64,000 nucleotides of DNA from the human T2T-CHM13v2.0 reference genome, Homo sapiens. The position numbers and the translations under genes are program-made. The DNA is taken from the NCBI RefSeq assembly GCF_009914755.1, contig NC_060937.1; one strand, written 5' to 3'. The notes beneath the pieces were generated by a model. It did no database searches. It was not told where the DNA came from and saw nothing but the letters and a program-made list of their open reading frames with translations. This document shows, piece by piece, positions 24,061 through 37,792 of the stretch (within the stretch, counting starts at the first letter, position 1; each line of letters starts with the position of its first letter).

Positions 24061-24556
24061 ATACATTTGAAATTGTTGACACCTTCAGTTGGCATTTCTC
24101 TGTAGACTATAATATAGTTTGAAAAAGATTTTCTTTGTAACTCTTGTATTTTGTAAGCTCTGGGCTAATTCCATTTAATTGGTGGTTTTAAAAGTCTAAT
24201 ACTTTTGTATTGAAATGTCAAAATATTTCACCCCAATTTTCACAAGTAGTATCTTTTCTGCCTTTCTTCAGAGTACTTATCTTTAACTTTTTTTCCTCAA
24301 AGGGAAAACTTATTAAATAAGTTATCTCTGTGATTCTTTTGAATATTTTACCCAATTTAAATGCTGCAAATCATTGATCTTCTCAATTCCAGTCCATTCT
24401 AGTAGAAAGCATAAATTTATTTAAATAAAAATAACAGCTTCATCTAAAGATTCTTCCCACAAGTTGAATTAATCCAAATCAAACTTAAATTATGAACACT
24501 GAGATCTCACTATTTAATTTACTCAGCTCCTCTATTGCTTTTAGTAGGGACTGAAC

Positions 24557-24955
24557 TGTGATGGGTCCCCCACCAGGTTACTTAAGGGTGTATGTCCACT
24601 GCCTGAACCCTGAAGGCCAGGCCACGAGCCAAGGCCATGGTGCCCAGTCAAGGAGCAGATGTCCCTGAGAACTCAAACATCCCATAGAGTACCTGAGAAC
24701 CTACCAAGGGAAACAGTTCCATCACACACACACAGCAGGCAAAGAGCCAGAAAATTAGCGTAAAAGTGCTTAGGAATAGGAGGTGATGTGGGTCTCTACA
24801 GCTTCCCTGCTGCCACCCAGGAGTGCGCTGTATGTAAGTCCTATTAAACTCATCTACTCTCCAAGGGGGACTTGTCCAAGTCATTCTTTGGCCTCTCAGC
24901 ACCTTCCTAGTTAGGGGGCAGGGGGACGTTATGGTCCCAAGTTTTTTTTGTGACA
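24557..24955 (+). mobile_element. ERV solo LTR (probably ERVL class; family not firmly assigned)
   Basis: TG...CA termini, near-TSD tgaac/ggaac, ATTAAA at about 24843, and higher GC than its AT-rich surroundings. Confidence 0.78.
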
Positions 24956-25490
24956 GGAACAAACTTTACGTTTTTATTTTTGTTTCAACTGCTGTTCTCA
25001 AGAATTGAAAGAGTATATGTTAAAAGTTTTAAAACTGAGGTTTAATTGGTGCTGTTTTATTAAATATTTTGACTTAGGATTCCAGATCATTTCTTCTAGC
25101 TGACCAGGAATGATCAGGGTGGTGAGTTAATATATTTTAATAGTCTGGGTGAGAGAAAAGACAAGGAAGTGAGTTTTGGTAGTGATGATAGAGAGCAGAG
25201 GAGAAAGATTCTAAGTATATTGAGAAGGAAAATTTCAGAGGACTAGGTAACTGGTGATGGAGTGGGACTGGGGAGAGGGAGGAACCTAGGATCAACATGA
25301 GTCTTGCAAGAGAGTACTTTCAGGGACTGATTTACAATGTCCTCATTTTCCTTCTATCTTAGTTTTAACGAAGTTCTTTTGAAAATTCTATTCAACTCTA
25401 AGACTGTGGGTATACTACTATGGAGAGCACACACATTCCTTCATCAGTGTTTATTTAGTATATATTGAATGCTGGGCACTGTACCATTTT

Positions 25491-25616
25491 CAGGCAGTCC
25501 CCGCTTTGCACAATTTTGGGTTAATTGAAATGCATCCAAATCTGAACCGGGTCCTTGCTTTACACGCCTGCATTGATCTTAGTTACCAGACAACTGTGCA
25601 GTATGAGGACTGCCAG
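25491..25616. mobile_element. Short Tigger-like MITE inside an L2 remnant
   Basis: Imperfect 25-bp terminal inverted repeats (caggcagtccccgctttgcacaatt / aactgtgcagtatgaggactgccag), with TA on the right. Confidence 0.6.
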
Positions 25617-26454
25617 TATTTCATCTAGAGCTAGGACTGGAAATTATGACTGCTTTTAAGAAGTTTAAAATCTATTGTGGAAAATAGACAAATGCTTACA
25701 ATTCAATGTGCTTTGCTATGATGGAGTTAAGATGTCACAGAGAAGACATCTGATTTGAATTATTGGGGAAGAAAGTTGGAAAAAAGTCCTGAAAACGGTG
25801 ACATTAGGTGAAAAACAATAGTCAGGTGATCCCTGTCACCACAGAGGGAGAAAGGGTCTGGAGAGCTAAGTGATCCACGATTCCTCCACCAAGGCCACAG
25901 CCAAGTGTGGGGTGAGGATGGTTGGGAAGTTAGCTTGGAGACATGCAATTCCTTGCGATTAATTTAATTTCCTGAGAATCTGTGCTCATATCCTTTCTCA
26001 TTCCTCATTTTGCTTTCTTTTCTCATTCTTATGCTTTCCTTCCCTTCTTATGCTCTCAGTTCTCTGCCCCTTTCTCTTTTCTCTGCTTTCCTCTCACTGT
26101 CTTAATTTGGGTTTTTGTCTATGTTGATGCTGTTTTTTCAAGAACATTAGTTCAGATTTAGTTATCCTTTATCCTTTTGTTTTTAGTAACATCTGTTTAA
26201 ATTTTCAAAACATTAAAACCATTTTTAAAAAACAATGCTACATTTAAAAATTTTATTTCACTTTTCTGATTTATTAAGAGGAATTAATTTTTGACCTTTT
26301 AAGTTGTCTTCTTGGCAATGAAAGTGTTTTAGGGAATAATTTTTCCTTTGATTATAGCTTCACTGTATTGCATATGTTTTATTATGAAGTGTTATTTTCA
26401 TTTTGTTTTAGTTTGCAATTTTACTTTGCTTTTATTCTTTGAGATTATCTAGAC

Positions 26455-26800
26455 AGGTTTTGGTCAGGATTGGCCAGGTTTACTGCAGTTATGTTGACCC
26501 CAGAATATCGCTGGCTCACATCCATGGAGAAGATTAAGTTCTTTATGCATAGGTGGTATCGCTTCCTGCCCAGGCTGAAGGAGCTGCCCTATCTGAGATG
26601 TTTGGCTTTAGTGAAAGAGAGAAAGTCAGCAGGAAAGATGGTCCTGGTCCCAGTGCCTCTGCTTGGCAGCTGTGCATGTTGCTTCCACTTACACTTCCTC
26701 TGCCAATGCAAGTTCTGTGGCCATGCCTCATATTGAGATATGGTGCTCTCTAATATTCACAGCGGAACATAGATGTTCTCCCTGTAGAAGTATTCAAGAG
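26455..26800 (-). mobile_element. Old MLT1 (K/L-like) LTR remnant
   Basis: gtcaggattggccaggtttactgcagt; cccaggctgaaggagc. Confidence 0.45.
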
Positions 26801-26833
26801 CACCATGTCTCAGTATGGTACCCTAAAGAATGT

Positions 26834-27275
26834 TGGTATGGGTTGAATTTTGTGTCCCCACCCTGCCAAAGATATGCTGGACTCTTCACCTCCAGTACTT
26901 CATAATGTAACCTTATTTGGCAATAAGGTCTTTGCAGAGGTAATCAAGTTAAAATGAGGTCATTAGAGTGGGCCCACTCCAATGTGATTGGTGGCCTTAT
27001 ATAAAAGAGGAATTTGAACGTAGAGAAATATGTACAGAGGAAAGATGATATGAGGACAGAGGAATGCCATCTTCAAGTCAGGGGTTGCCTGAGGTTACCG
27101 GAAGTGAGGTGAGTCACCTGGAACAGTTCTCCTTCACAGCCTTCAGAAGAAACCAACTCTGCTTACAGCTTGATCTTAGACCTCTGGCCTCCAGAACTGT
27201 GAATCCATAAATTTCTCTTGTTTAAGCCCCTTAGGTTGTAGGGCTTTGTAACAGCAGCCCCAGGAAACCAATACA
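26834..27275 (+). mobile_element. MLT1B/C MaLR solo LTR
   Basis: tggtatgggttgaatt...ggaaaccaataca, with a perfect 5-bp TSD AATGT at 26829-26833 and 27276-27280. Confidence 0.9.
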
Positions 27276-27411
27276 AATGTGTTTAAAATTATATGCTTGG
27301 TCTGATTAGTTTTATGTATTTATAATTTTGTTATATTTTTTATTAGAAAATTTAGCCAATAAAATCTTTACTATTCAATATTTAAGTTTTCTTCGTAGCT
27401 AAGATAATGGT

Positions 27412-28103
27412 CTTTTTTTTTTTTTTTTTAAATGAGACAGGGTTTCATTCTGTTACTCAGGCTGGATTACAGTGATGAGATCACAGCTCACTGTAGCCTT
27501 GACCTCCAGGACTCAAGCCATCCTCCCACCTCAGCCTCCTGAGTAGCTGAGACTACAGGCATGCACCACCATGCCTGGCCAATTTTCTTTGTCTCGTCTT
27601 GTCTCTTGTCTCTTCTCTCTTTTCTTTTTATTCTCTTCTCTCTCTTCCTTTTCTTTCTTTTTTTGAGACATAGTCTTGCTGTGTTGCCCAGGCTGGAGTG
27701 CAGTGGCATGATCTCGGCTCACTGCAACCTCTGCCTCCCGCATTCAAGTGATTCTCATGCCTCAGCCTCCTGAGTAGCCGGGATTACAGACATGCACCAC
27801 CATGTCCAGCTCATTTTTGTATTTTTGGTAGAGATGGGGTTTTATTGTTTTGGCTGGGCTAGTGTCGAACTTCTGGCCTCAAGTGATCCACATGCTTTGG
27901 CCTTCCAAAGTGTTGAGATTACAGGCGTGAGTCGCTGCACCTGGCCTAATTTTCTTTTTAATTTTTTTCTCTTTTTTTTTGGGTAAAGACAGAGTCTTCC
28001 TATGGTATTGCCCAGGCTGGTCTTGAACTCTTGAGCACCAGGGGTTCTCCCACCTCAGCCTCCTAAGTGCTAGTCTTACAGGTGTGAGCCACTATGCCTG
28101 GTC
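27412..28103 (-). mobile_element. AluJ split at its central linker by a younger Alu
   Basis: Right arm at 27412-27590 and left arm at 27948-28103. Confidence 0.88.
27591..27946 (-). mobile_element. AluS nested in AluJ, with a (CT)-rich degenerate tail
   Basis: Full dimer. The sequence aattttcttt is duplicated at 27581-27590 and 27948-27957. Confidence 0.92.
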
Positions 28104-28276
28104 AATCATATAAGTTTCAAAAATTTGTTTAAAATGGGAAATTCTCTACTTTAAAAATTCCACTTTAATTTCAAAGGTTATATATTTTTTCTATTCAGTA
28201 ATTTAAAAACATACTCTCTTCTGATTTACTGCACTCAGAATTTTGTAAACCTTTGTTATATAAAAATTCAGATTCA

Positions 28277-28599
<323 letters not shown>

Positions 28600-30844
28600 C
28601 CCTCCCCACTCCCACCACAGGTTTTGAAGTATGCCTTTGTGTGAGTTTTGTCACTTGTTGTATTAAGTTGCAGCAGCCAGAACAATTAAAAGCATAGTAG
28701 CTTGGTTATGTCATGTCTTCTTTTCCTCCTCATTTCTTATTTTGTTAAACATTTTCCTTTGTATTTCTTATCCTATAAGTGAAGCAGCACAGAGATTTTC
28801 TTCCTTCAGACAGCTCTCTACAAGGCCTGTCTGTGAAATTTCTCCATCTCTGTCAAACGTCCTTTCAAAGGTTAGAAAAAAGTGCTCATAACCACTGAGA
28901 TTTTCCTTTTCTTACAAATGGGGATTAGACTGATATCAGTATCACAGTTCAGCTGGGAAAGGTGATGGGTAAAAAAAATTGGAAGTGGGAAGCGAGATGG
29001 AAAGTGTAGATTACATGCTGATTTCTTTTCAGTGAAAATTTTTATGGCATCGGAGCGCATATTGGATTTAGGTGTATGATTTGTGACCCATTGAAGTCAT
29101 CTGCATTATTCTGAATCATGCAAATATTTTGTGATGTGATTTTGAATCAGGTAAGAGAGTAGTTCTAGCTTATGTGTGTTTTTCCCTTTTTATCTCAGGC
29201 ACCATAACCTTGATACTATTTTAACTTACCTGTTTATACATGTAAAAGTGTCTGAAGTAATTAATATAACCAATTTTGTGTCTTTAAGATTAGCTGCTTG
29301 CAAACAGCAAGCAAGCCTCCGTAAGAAACTGGAGCGAGTCTTTCCAGTTGGACTATATTAGAATTCCATCTACATTTTAATTTGGTTCCTGCTGTGTGGA
29401 TATATTAGACTGAATCTATTACCTGGCTCAATGGTCCTTTCAGACAATTTCCCTTTCTCATTCTGATTTTATTGTAAGTGATCATCAACATACTGTTGAA
29501 GTCTGACAATCCAATTTTGATCACTTCCATGAAGTGCTGATTACGAAGACCTTATGTTAAAAAAAACAAACAACCCCCCAAACAAGAACCGATGGAGTAT
29601 TGTGATATTTAATAGACTATCTTTTGGTTAAAGGTGCCGGTTATGGAGTGTTGTGTAAGACTCCATTCTTGGACACTTCTGTACTGATTCTTCCTTTGGG
29701 TGTTGTGCAGAAGAAAATTCTGTAACAGTCACCCCCTTGGGGCAGGACCTGCTTTTACATAAAACATTCCTGCTGTATGTTTAATGCCACTTTGAGTTGC
29801 CTCTTTTCCTGGTGATCATGAACCACCTGCTGTTTTTTTTTTCATTTGGAGATAATGTTTCTCTGAGAATTTACTATAATTTCAGCTTTAAATATAGTCC
29901 TTTCATGCATTTAATACATTTAATCCTTACTATGAAACAGATTAATGGACCTTTGGTATAAAGCTTAGGAACATTGATTTAGTTCACTCTGGTTTATTTA
30001 ACGGTGTTGCGATTGTACTGGGATATACTTTTTCAGGACATGTCTAGAAGTTAGAGAGGTGCTGTCAGATGGTAATAGCATGGTATTTCATTTTCTCATG
30101 CTGCCCAACAGTTTGATGAAGAGCACCATTAGAAAGAAATAAATACTAGTTATTCATTCTATTTGAAGCTTGATGTTCTCTTCCTCATCTTCAAAACTGT
30201 CTCAACACCACTTTGTGGCTAGTACCTTGTTTTGACTCTTTATCCTGACTCGGAGATCATTTCTTCCTAGGTCTCTTCCTCTTTTCTCTTCCTATTTTTG
30301 TTTCTTTGGATATTTCATTCTTAATATAGAATTTACTCCTTCCTCCCTGTTCCTCTTGACCCTTTTGTTACCGAGCAGCCTCTTGATTGAACTAAAAAGT
30401 CTAGATAGATTTAGTTCTCTGCTGATCCCAAGTAACCTAACAGATTAGGATTTTAGATTATGTCGTTCATATGCCATTCTCCAATTTGAAATTCTTTGGT
30501 GCTTTGCATTTTCTTGCTGCTTAAAATGCTATCTAATATTCATAGCTTTAAATGTCCTCTATAATCTCTATTATATCTATTCAAAATTAGTTCCTGCTCA
30601 TTTCACTCATTTTCCTTCTGCAATAGGTCTTGTTTCCAGAATTCTCTGTTCAATCAATTGTGTTACTTTCTGGAGAATAAAAAAGTTACATCTTATATTT
30701 GTAACCATGTGTATATCACTTTCCTTAGGACAATGTATAATCTATGGTAGATGTTCAGTTAATGTGATTTTTGTTTTTAGTTTTTCAGTGTCAATTACGG
30801 TCTTCTTTAGATGGATGGGATAAAGATTGATCTTTTATTCTCTG

Positions 30845-31030
30845 TTTTAGACTTTAAGGGCATGATCTCTGGAGTCCTATCACCTGGGTTTATCTCTAAC
30901 TCTTGTTTTGCTACTTTAGACAGTTTACCTAATGTCTCTGTACCTTAGTTTCCTCATCTGTAGAATGGAGACAATGGCTATACTGACCTTAAGAGAGATA
31001 TGAGAACTGAGTAAGAGAATCCATATCAAG
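30845..31030 (+). mobile_element. MIR
   Basis: tctctgtaccttagtttcctcatctgtagaatggaga. Confidence 0.75.
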
Positions 31031-31463
31031 AAGATTTTGTGTATGTAACATATATTTCTAGATTAATATTGCTAAGAATATTTCCATGAACTAAACAAAC
31101 TAGGAAGAAAAATTTTATTTGGGAACCCAATTTTTTATTTTATTCCTAGTCATTGCCAATACATATGTTATTTTTATAGTAAGACTGTTTGTAAATATGT
31201 AAATATGTTTGTATTATTAAATCAGCATCTGAAAATATTATTGAAAATGCTGAGGATAGTTTTACTGCTTTGTAACAGAACTGAAACAGTTTTCTGAAGG
31301 CTGAATTTGTGCCTTCGTACTTGATCCCATCAAAATGAAGAGCTGGGAGAGTAAAGGATATAATTTCACTGTTGAATTCAACCGAGTGAACTTGTTATCA
31401 TTTTTTTCTGGACCTGAGATTCTGCTAGGTGCTGAAAATTCAGGGAATACAGAGATGTAGGTC

Positions 31464-31847
31464 TGAATTAGTCCATTTTCACACTGCTATACACATACTA
31501 CTCAAGACTGGGTAATTTATAAAGGAAAGAGGTTTAATTGACTCACAGTTCCATATGGCTGGGGAGGCCTCAGGAAACTTACGATCATGACAGAAGGGGA
31601 AGCAGGCATGTCTTGCATGGTGGAAGGTGAGAGTGTGAGCATGTGAAGGAGGAACTGTTAAACACTTATAAAACAATCAAATCTCATGAGAACTCACTCA
31701 GTGTCACAAGAACAACATGAGGAAACCACCCCCATGATCCAATCACGTCCCTCCCTTGACACGTGGGGATTATAGATCTCTCCTATAATCCTGTAAGGAT
31801 TACAGTTCGAGATGAGATTTGGGTGGGGACACAGCCAAACCATATCA
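31464..31847 (-). mobile_element. THE1D/MSTA-type MaLR solo LTR
   Basis: gactgggtaatttataaaggaaagaggtttaattgactcacagttcc...cacagccaaaccatatca. Near-TSD aggtc/aggcc. Confidence 0.92.
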
Positions 31848-33989
31848 AGGCCCTGTTCCCATCTAATAAGGAAGCTAATGAATAATTACAGTAGACAGGA
31901 GTCAACACAGCAATAGAAGTATAGTTCAATCAATGGAATGATTACCTAATTAGGAGGAGAAATATAACATGGTTGGTTATAGAATGCTTCCTATGAGGGG
32001 TACAGTACAGGGTTCCCTTTTAAAAAGTAATTGCAATTTTGTTTGTATGTTTAATTTCCATATATCTGACTGCTGTAAAATTGTTGTACCAAATCTTCTT
32101 AGTTATGACACAGTCATATACCTTACTGTAAGCTTCAGTTTTATCTCCTTCTCAGGTGATATTTAGAGTTTAGCATCCATCAACACAGCTTCAAAACAGA
32201 GTACCACTGCCAAGAAAAGAAGCTTAAACAGGCAGTTCACCATTTTATTTATACTCTAAGAATAGTAAGAAACCTGTTTATGACAGCCATTTCTCTCCTT
32301 TCAAGCTAAGATGCCTCATCTTTTAGCAGTGTTAGTTGGGCAAGGATAGTATGGAAAAATAGTGTTTTTCTTCCTCAAGCACTCTAAGCTATCAATTTTA
32401 TAGAGTCTGTATAATTCTCAACAAGAATGTAGTTTGAAGCAAGCTGTTATGATTAATTATTGCTCATTAACTGGATCTTCACTCTGCATGAAACAATATT
32501 GTAGTTTTTATTCTAGAAACATTGTTGCTTATATTAAATTTGAAATGCATTTGGGGAGGTTGGAAGTTGAAATGTCCAGTGTAGGTTGTGAAGACATCAG
32601 GAATGTTGAAAGCTTTGCTTATGTAGTATTGCTTTGATGCCACTGTGATTATTCAGTAAAAATAAATTAGATTATTCAACAGAAAAATTTATATAATGTC
32701 ATTTTTGATGGAGACATTTTGCATATTTGTGCTTTGTAAATCTATTTTATTCTTGGCAAGAGTGCTTAGTCATTATGTACATATATTATACATATTGTTT
32801 ATAGAAGATCTTGGAAGAATGCTATACCAAAAATATTTGAGTCCCTGAAGTGAAGTTGGTTTCTTGTCTTTAGAGGATATTAGCTAAACTATTAACTTGG
32901 TTTATCAATATCTGAAGAAGACCTAGAATAGTAGCATGTAATTTTCCTACCATTTTTCTTTTACTTATGTAAGGGTAGGAGTATATGATTATATGAGCTA
33001 TTCTTCCTTTGCAGTTGAACTGAAATCTGTCAGTTTCTCAATCTCTTTCCACATCTACCTTTGAGAGTCTGATATATATGATTACACTGATCTAAACAAT
33101 GAAAATCACATGAGCAAATTTTCTAGTTTCTGACTTACAGACAAAATTTGTATATACCTAATTAAATTGCCCATTTATAGCAGTTCTAATCTTCTGTAAG
33201 TGCTACAAAAAAAACCAAGACAAGAAGAATGGTTTCCTAGCATTGGTATATTAGTGGGGCCAGTTTTCAGAGGCTACCTCAAATATAGTTGATGAAAAAC
33301 ATTTTTATTAAATAAGAAAATTTTTGATGACAGTAATAAGAACTAGGGAGAGTATAAAATATGATCGACAAGGTATTTTTTCATTAATAAAACACTTACA
33401 CTTATTGGATATTTACTATGGGTGACACTACTATTAAAGTATATAGCATTTAAGTCCATAAGGATAATATATTAATGCTCTGGTTAATGTCCTTAATTTG
33501 TAACACATAAACAAGAAGTCAAGCATCAAAGAAATAGGATATAGAATAAAAGGGTTGTAATATAAAGAACGTTACTATAACTTAAAAATATTCTGAGTAG
33601 ACTCACTTTATTGTTTCCCTCCAGAGAAATTAATCTTAAATGTATATCTTTTTTTCCCTAATTATGAGGTGGCAAAAGCACATGCCAGCTGTTGCTTTGT
33701 TTTTTATTCTATCCTTCTCCTGTGCTTTTTCTGAATACTTTTTGAATTAATAGCCAAATTTTGGTCACTTTTTGGACCCATCTTCCATTGGAAATAAAAA
33801 CCCTTATACTTAAATATATACACTTGAACACAAAGTGAAGAAAAAAAGCACTTAGTAGGCAATGCCGATGCTGTTATTGTGCATTCCTCTATGAGAGATT
33901 TGATTCTGGTCAGAAAGATGTCTTGGGGTTAAGTTTTCTTAGCTTTCTTAGTGTGGAAAAAATTGTGTAAAAATAGTGGTCAAAAAGCA

Positions 33990-34462
33990 TATGGTTTATT
34001 GGTCAATTATCACTGCATAACAACCACAAAATCTCAGAGGCATATGGCTGAAAGCATTTATTTCTTGTTCATGCGTCTGCACATCCATTAAGGTTTGGCT
34101 GATCGAGGCTTGGTTCATCTTGGCTTGGCTCTGACCTCTGAGTCCAAGCAGACACAACTGCTCCAGGGCCTGGCTGGTGGGGATGTGTGTAGAACTCTTC
34201 CTGGTGTATCCATTTTGGGGCCCAGATGAAGGGGAGGCAGCTACTTCAGAGGACTCTTCTTACAGTTGTTGGCAGGACTGTGAGAGAGCAAGTGGAAAGA
34301 TAAAGTGCCTCTTAAAGATGAGGCTCAGAATTGGTACACGGTAAATTCTGTCTGTATTTGATTGGTCAAAGCACATTGGTGGAGAGGGGCAGTGCATATT
34401 TCTCCCATGGAGCTAGAGAATGCAGAGTCAGTGCTTGCTGACCAGTGATCTAATCTGCCACA
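33990..34462 (-). mobile_element. Old MLT1 (H/I/J-like) LTR
   Basis: ctgcataacaaccacaaaatctcag...gctcagaattggtacac...taatctgccaca. Confidence 0.65.
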
Positions 34463-34605
34463 TAAGAAATGTGATGAAGGAAAAACACAATTTCAAATCT
34501 TGTAAGAGGCTGGAAATAAACGAATCTGCTATTATCAATTACTGTCATGTACCAAGCACTAAAAAATAGGTCATGTGATATGCTAAAAGCATACCTGCAT
34601 TGTTT

Positions 34606-34826
34606 GATGGCTTTTTCAACATGGCACTATTGACACTGGGACCAGGTAATTATTTGTTGTGAGGGACTGTCCTGTGTATGGTAGGATGCTTCGCAGCATC
34701 TTGACATCTACCCACTAGATGCCAGTAGCCCCTTCCCCGTTCCCAGCCATGACAGCCCAAAGTGTCTCCAGACACTGCTAAATGTCCCCCCAGGGAGCAA
34801 AATCACCCCAAGTTTAAAACCCCAGT
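34606..34826. mobile_element. MER20 (hAT-Charlie), within a MIR remnant
   Basis: ggcactattgacact...tacccactagatgccagtagc...gtctccagacactgctaaatgtcccc. Confidence 0.88.
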
Positions 34827-35229
34827 TGACCTATCTTGTGCTGATAATCTTCGAAGGAGGGAATCACTTCATTTTAATAGTGGAGAAAATGAGACTCAGA
34901 AAGGCTACTTCACCCAGTGTTACATTGAAGTAAATAACAACGGATTTGAGATTGAAACCCAAATATCCTTCTTACATATGGTTCATGTGAGACCAAAAAA
35001 AGAAAAATCCACATAAATAAAGTCAAAATCTTTTATATTTTGTATATATTTTGTAATACAAAATACATAGATTGAACCATATTGCTAAGGGCTAATAAAA
35101 AGATGCCTTAGAATTGAGTTTTCTTCAATAGTGATGCAGAAAAGGCAGTAACAATTTGCAGACAATAAGGTCCGTAAAAGGTATGCTCAGGGAATTATGA
35201 GAAACTGGTGAGAACAGAGGAGGATTACT

Positions 35230-36560
35230 CTACTCACACCAATTGAGACAGACGGTTGCAGAATTAAATGACCTACTAAAGGGCAAATGGTAATTAACCA
35301 GATGAAGGAAGACAGGATGGGCCTCACTAAGCAGAGGCAGCATCATATGTACAGTATTATCTACAAAGAACTGTAAGAAGATACAAATAGTGGAAGCAAA
35401 GAAAATGGCTGAAAGTGAAGAAATTGGCTGAAGGCAGAGGCAAAGCCAGCAGTGATCCATACCATGTTAGGGATTCTAGACTTTAATCCAGAAAGCGATG
35501 TTGGACCCCCACACAGAAATTTTAAACAGAGAAATTACGGAGTGTTATTTAAATTTTGCAACATCACTCCATCCTCCTGTGGCTGTGCTATGGAAGCAAG
35601 AAAATTATGTGAAAGGATATATATTCAAATATTAGAAATATTTATCTTTGGATGAAGATTATGGTTTTAATTTTTATTTTGAATATTTCTGCAGTTTATA
35701 TATATATATCTTTTGTAATATGTAATACATTTCATAATAATATGACATTGTAGCAATACAGGCAAGAAATTATAAGGCCCTGGACTATAGCAGTGGCAGG
35801 ATTGATGGAGACAAGGAGGGATTTATCTGACAGTGATTTTAAAGGTAAAATTTTCAGGGTTTGGAGAAATGTTTTCAGCGGTATTACTGGGGAAAACAGA
35901 AGAGTCCAAGATGCCCCTTGGGTTTCTGGCTTGAACAACTCATAGAGAAGGGGATCTAAAAAGATGGGAAGGTAGTTTTGGGGAGAGGATACATTCTGTT
36001 TTGACAGTGGTATGAATGAAACGCTTCTGGGGCATTTGCATTGAGGAAGCAGCCAATTGTCCATTGAAAAAGGAGTCCAGTATTCAAAATAGGTTTAGTT
36101 GGACATACAAATTTTGGAATACCCATAAAAGAGAGTGACCTTTTCAGGTAAAACTGTCTAGGAAGAATGTACATGTTGGGAAAAGGGCTGCAGATGGATT
36201 CCTAGTGGTAAAAGTGAGGCATACAAGGGGCCTGTAGAGTGTCTAACAAAGGCAGCCAGAGAGCCAGGGCAAGAGTGAATTCTCAGAGGGAGTGGGCAAC
36301 CATGTGAAATGAGAAGGAGAGGCCCAATGCTATGCGGCATAGTCTTTCTATTTAGCATTTGAGTTTTTCAATCCAGGCACAAGGGAGAGTTATAAGTCAG
36401 ATAGCAGTGAGCTGTGGTTATAAAATAGAGACTGAGACAAACAGTCTTTTTAAGACATTTGCTTGGTTTTTGGAAAGTGGGAAAGTAGATGGTCATTGGG
36501 TGCACAGAAGGCTTTCCAAGTTGTGTTTTTTTCATGTAGAACATTTTTCCTGAGAAACTA
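35230..36560 (-). mobile_element. L2 fragments
   Basis: gagtccaagatgccccttgggtttctggcttgaacaact; acattctgttttgacagtgg. Confidence 0.6.
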
Positions 36561-37333
36561 TTCTTGGAGGAAAAAAAACCAGATTCATATTTAGATGATG
36601 TAATTCAGTGTTCAGAGAACCTTTCATATGAAAATTGTCGTTAGTTTTTTTTTTGTTTTGCTTCACTGTTAAATTTATATGTTCTTTAAAATGCATAAAA
36701 CTTTAAAAAAAAGTTAATCTTTTTACCAGACACTTAAAATTACTCTTTTCATTAAATAAGGGAATCAATCTACTAAAATGAAAAGAAATGTACACTTTTG
36801 AAGAGTTTGCCTTTTGATTGGTGTATGCATTCATAAATTTATTTCATATTTTCCAAAATTACAAATGTTATGAAATGTACAAATCCCTTTCCATTTCACT
36901 GTCTTTTTTCTTTGAGTTTCTCATCTTTAAAATTTTTTAATGTCATAAAAATGTAAAGAGAAATAAATGTAATTTTTGTTTATTAGAGCATTTTATATAT
37001 GCTATTTATTTTGTAGTTTGTTGTAGTTTTAGCATCCAAAATTTATTACATTTATTGTTTTTACATTATTTTTCACATTTTATCTTGAAATTTGCTTTTA
37101 AATATTGTTACTGTAAATGATTGAATTTTGAATTTTCATACAGATATATTTTTATTAAAGTATTTCCCTTCATTTTCTTCTATTCTGTTTCCTAATGTAA
37201 TCAGTGCATATATGATGAAAAGAGCATAACAACATAATAGAAAATCAGCTATGAATCAGGAGGATTGGGCTCAGATCATGTTTGCTCACTAGCAATGTGG
37301 CTTTGGTGAAGTTACTTATCCTCCATTTGAGTT

Positions 37334-37337
37334 TATA

Positions 37338-37379
<42 letters not shown>

Positions 37380-37423
37380 TATATATACACATTATATATA
37401 TATATACACACATATATATACAC

Positions 37424-37469
<46 letters not shown>

Positions 37470-37474
37470 TATAT
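37334..37474. repeat. Compound (TA)n/(CA)n microsatellite
   Basis: Directly visible. It lies between a MIR remnant and an Alu tail and explains the YIYI ORFs. Confidence 0.97.
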
Positions 37475-37475
37475 T

Positions 37476-37792
<317 letters not shown>

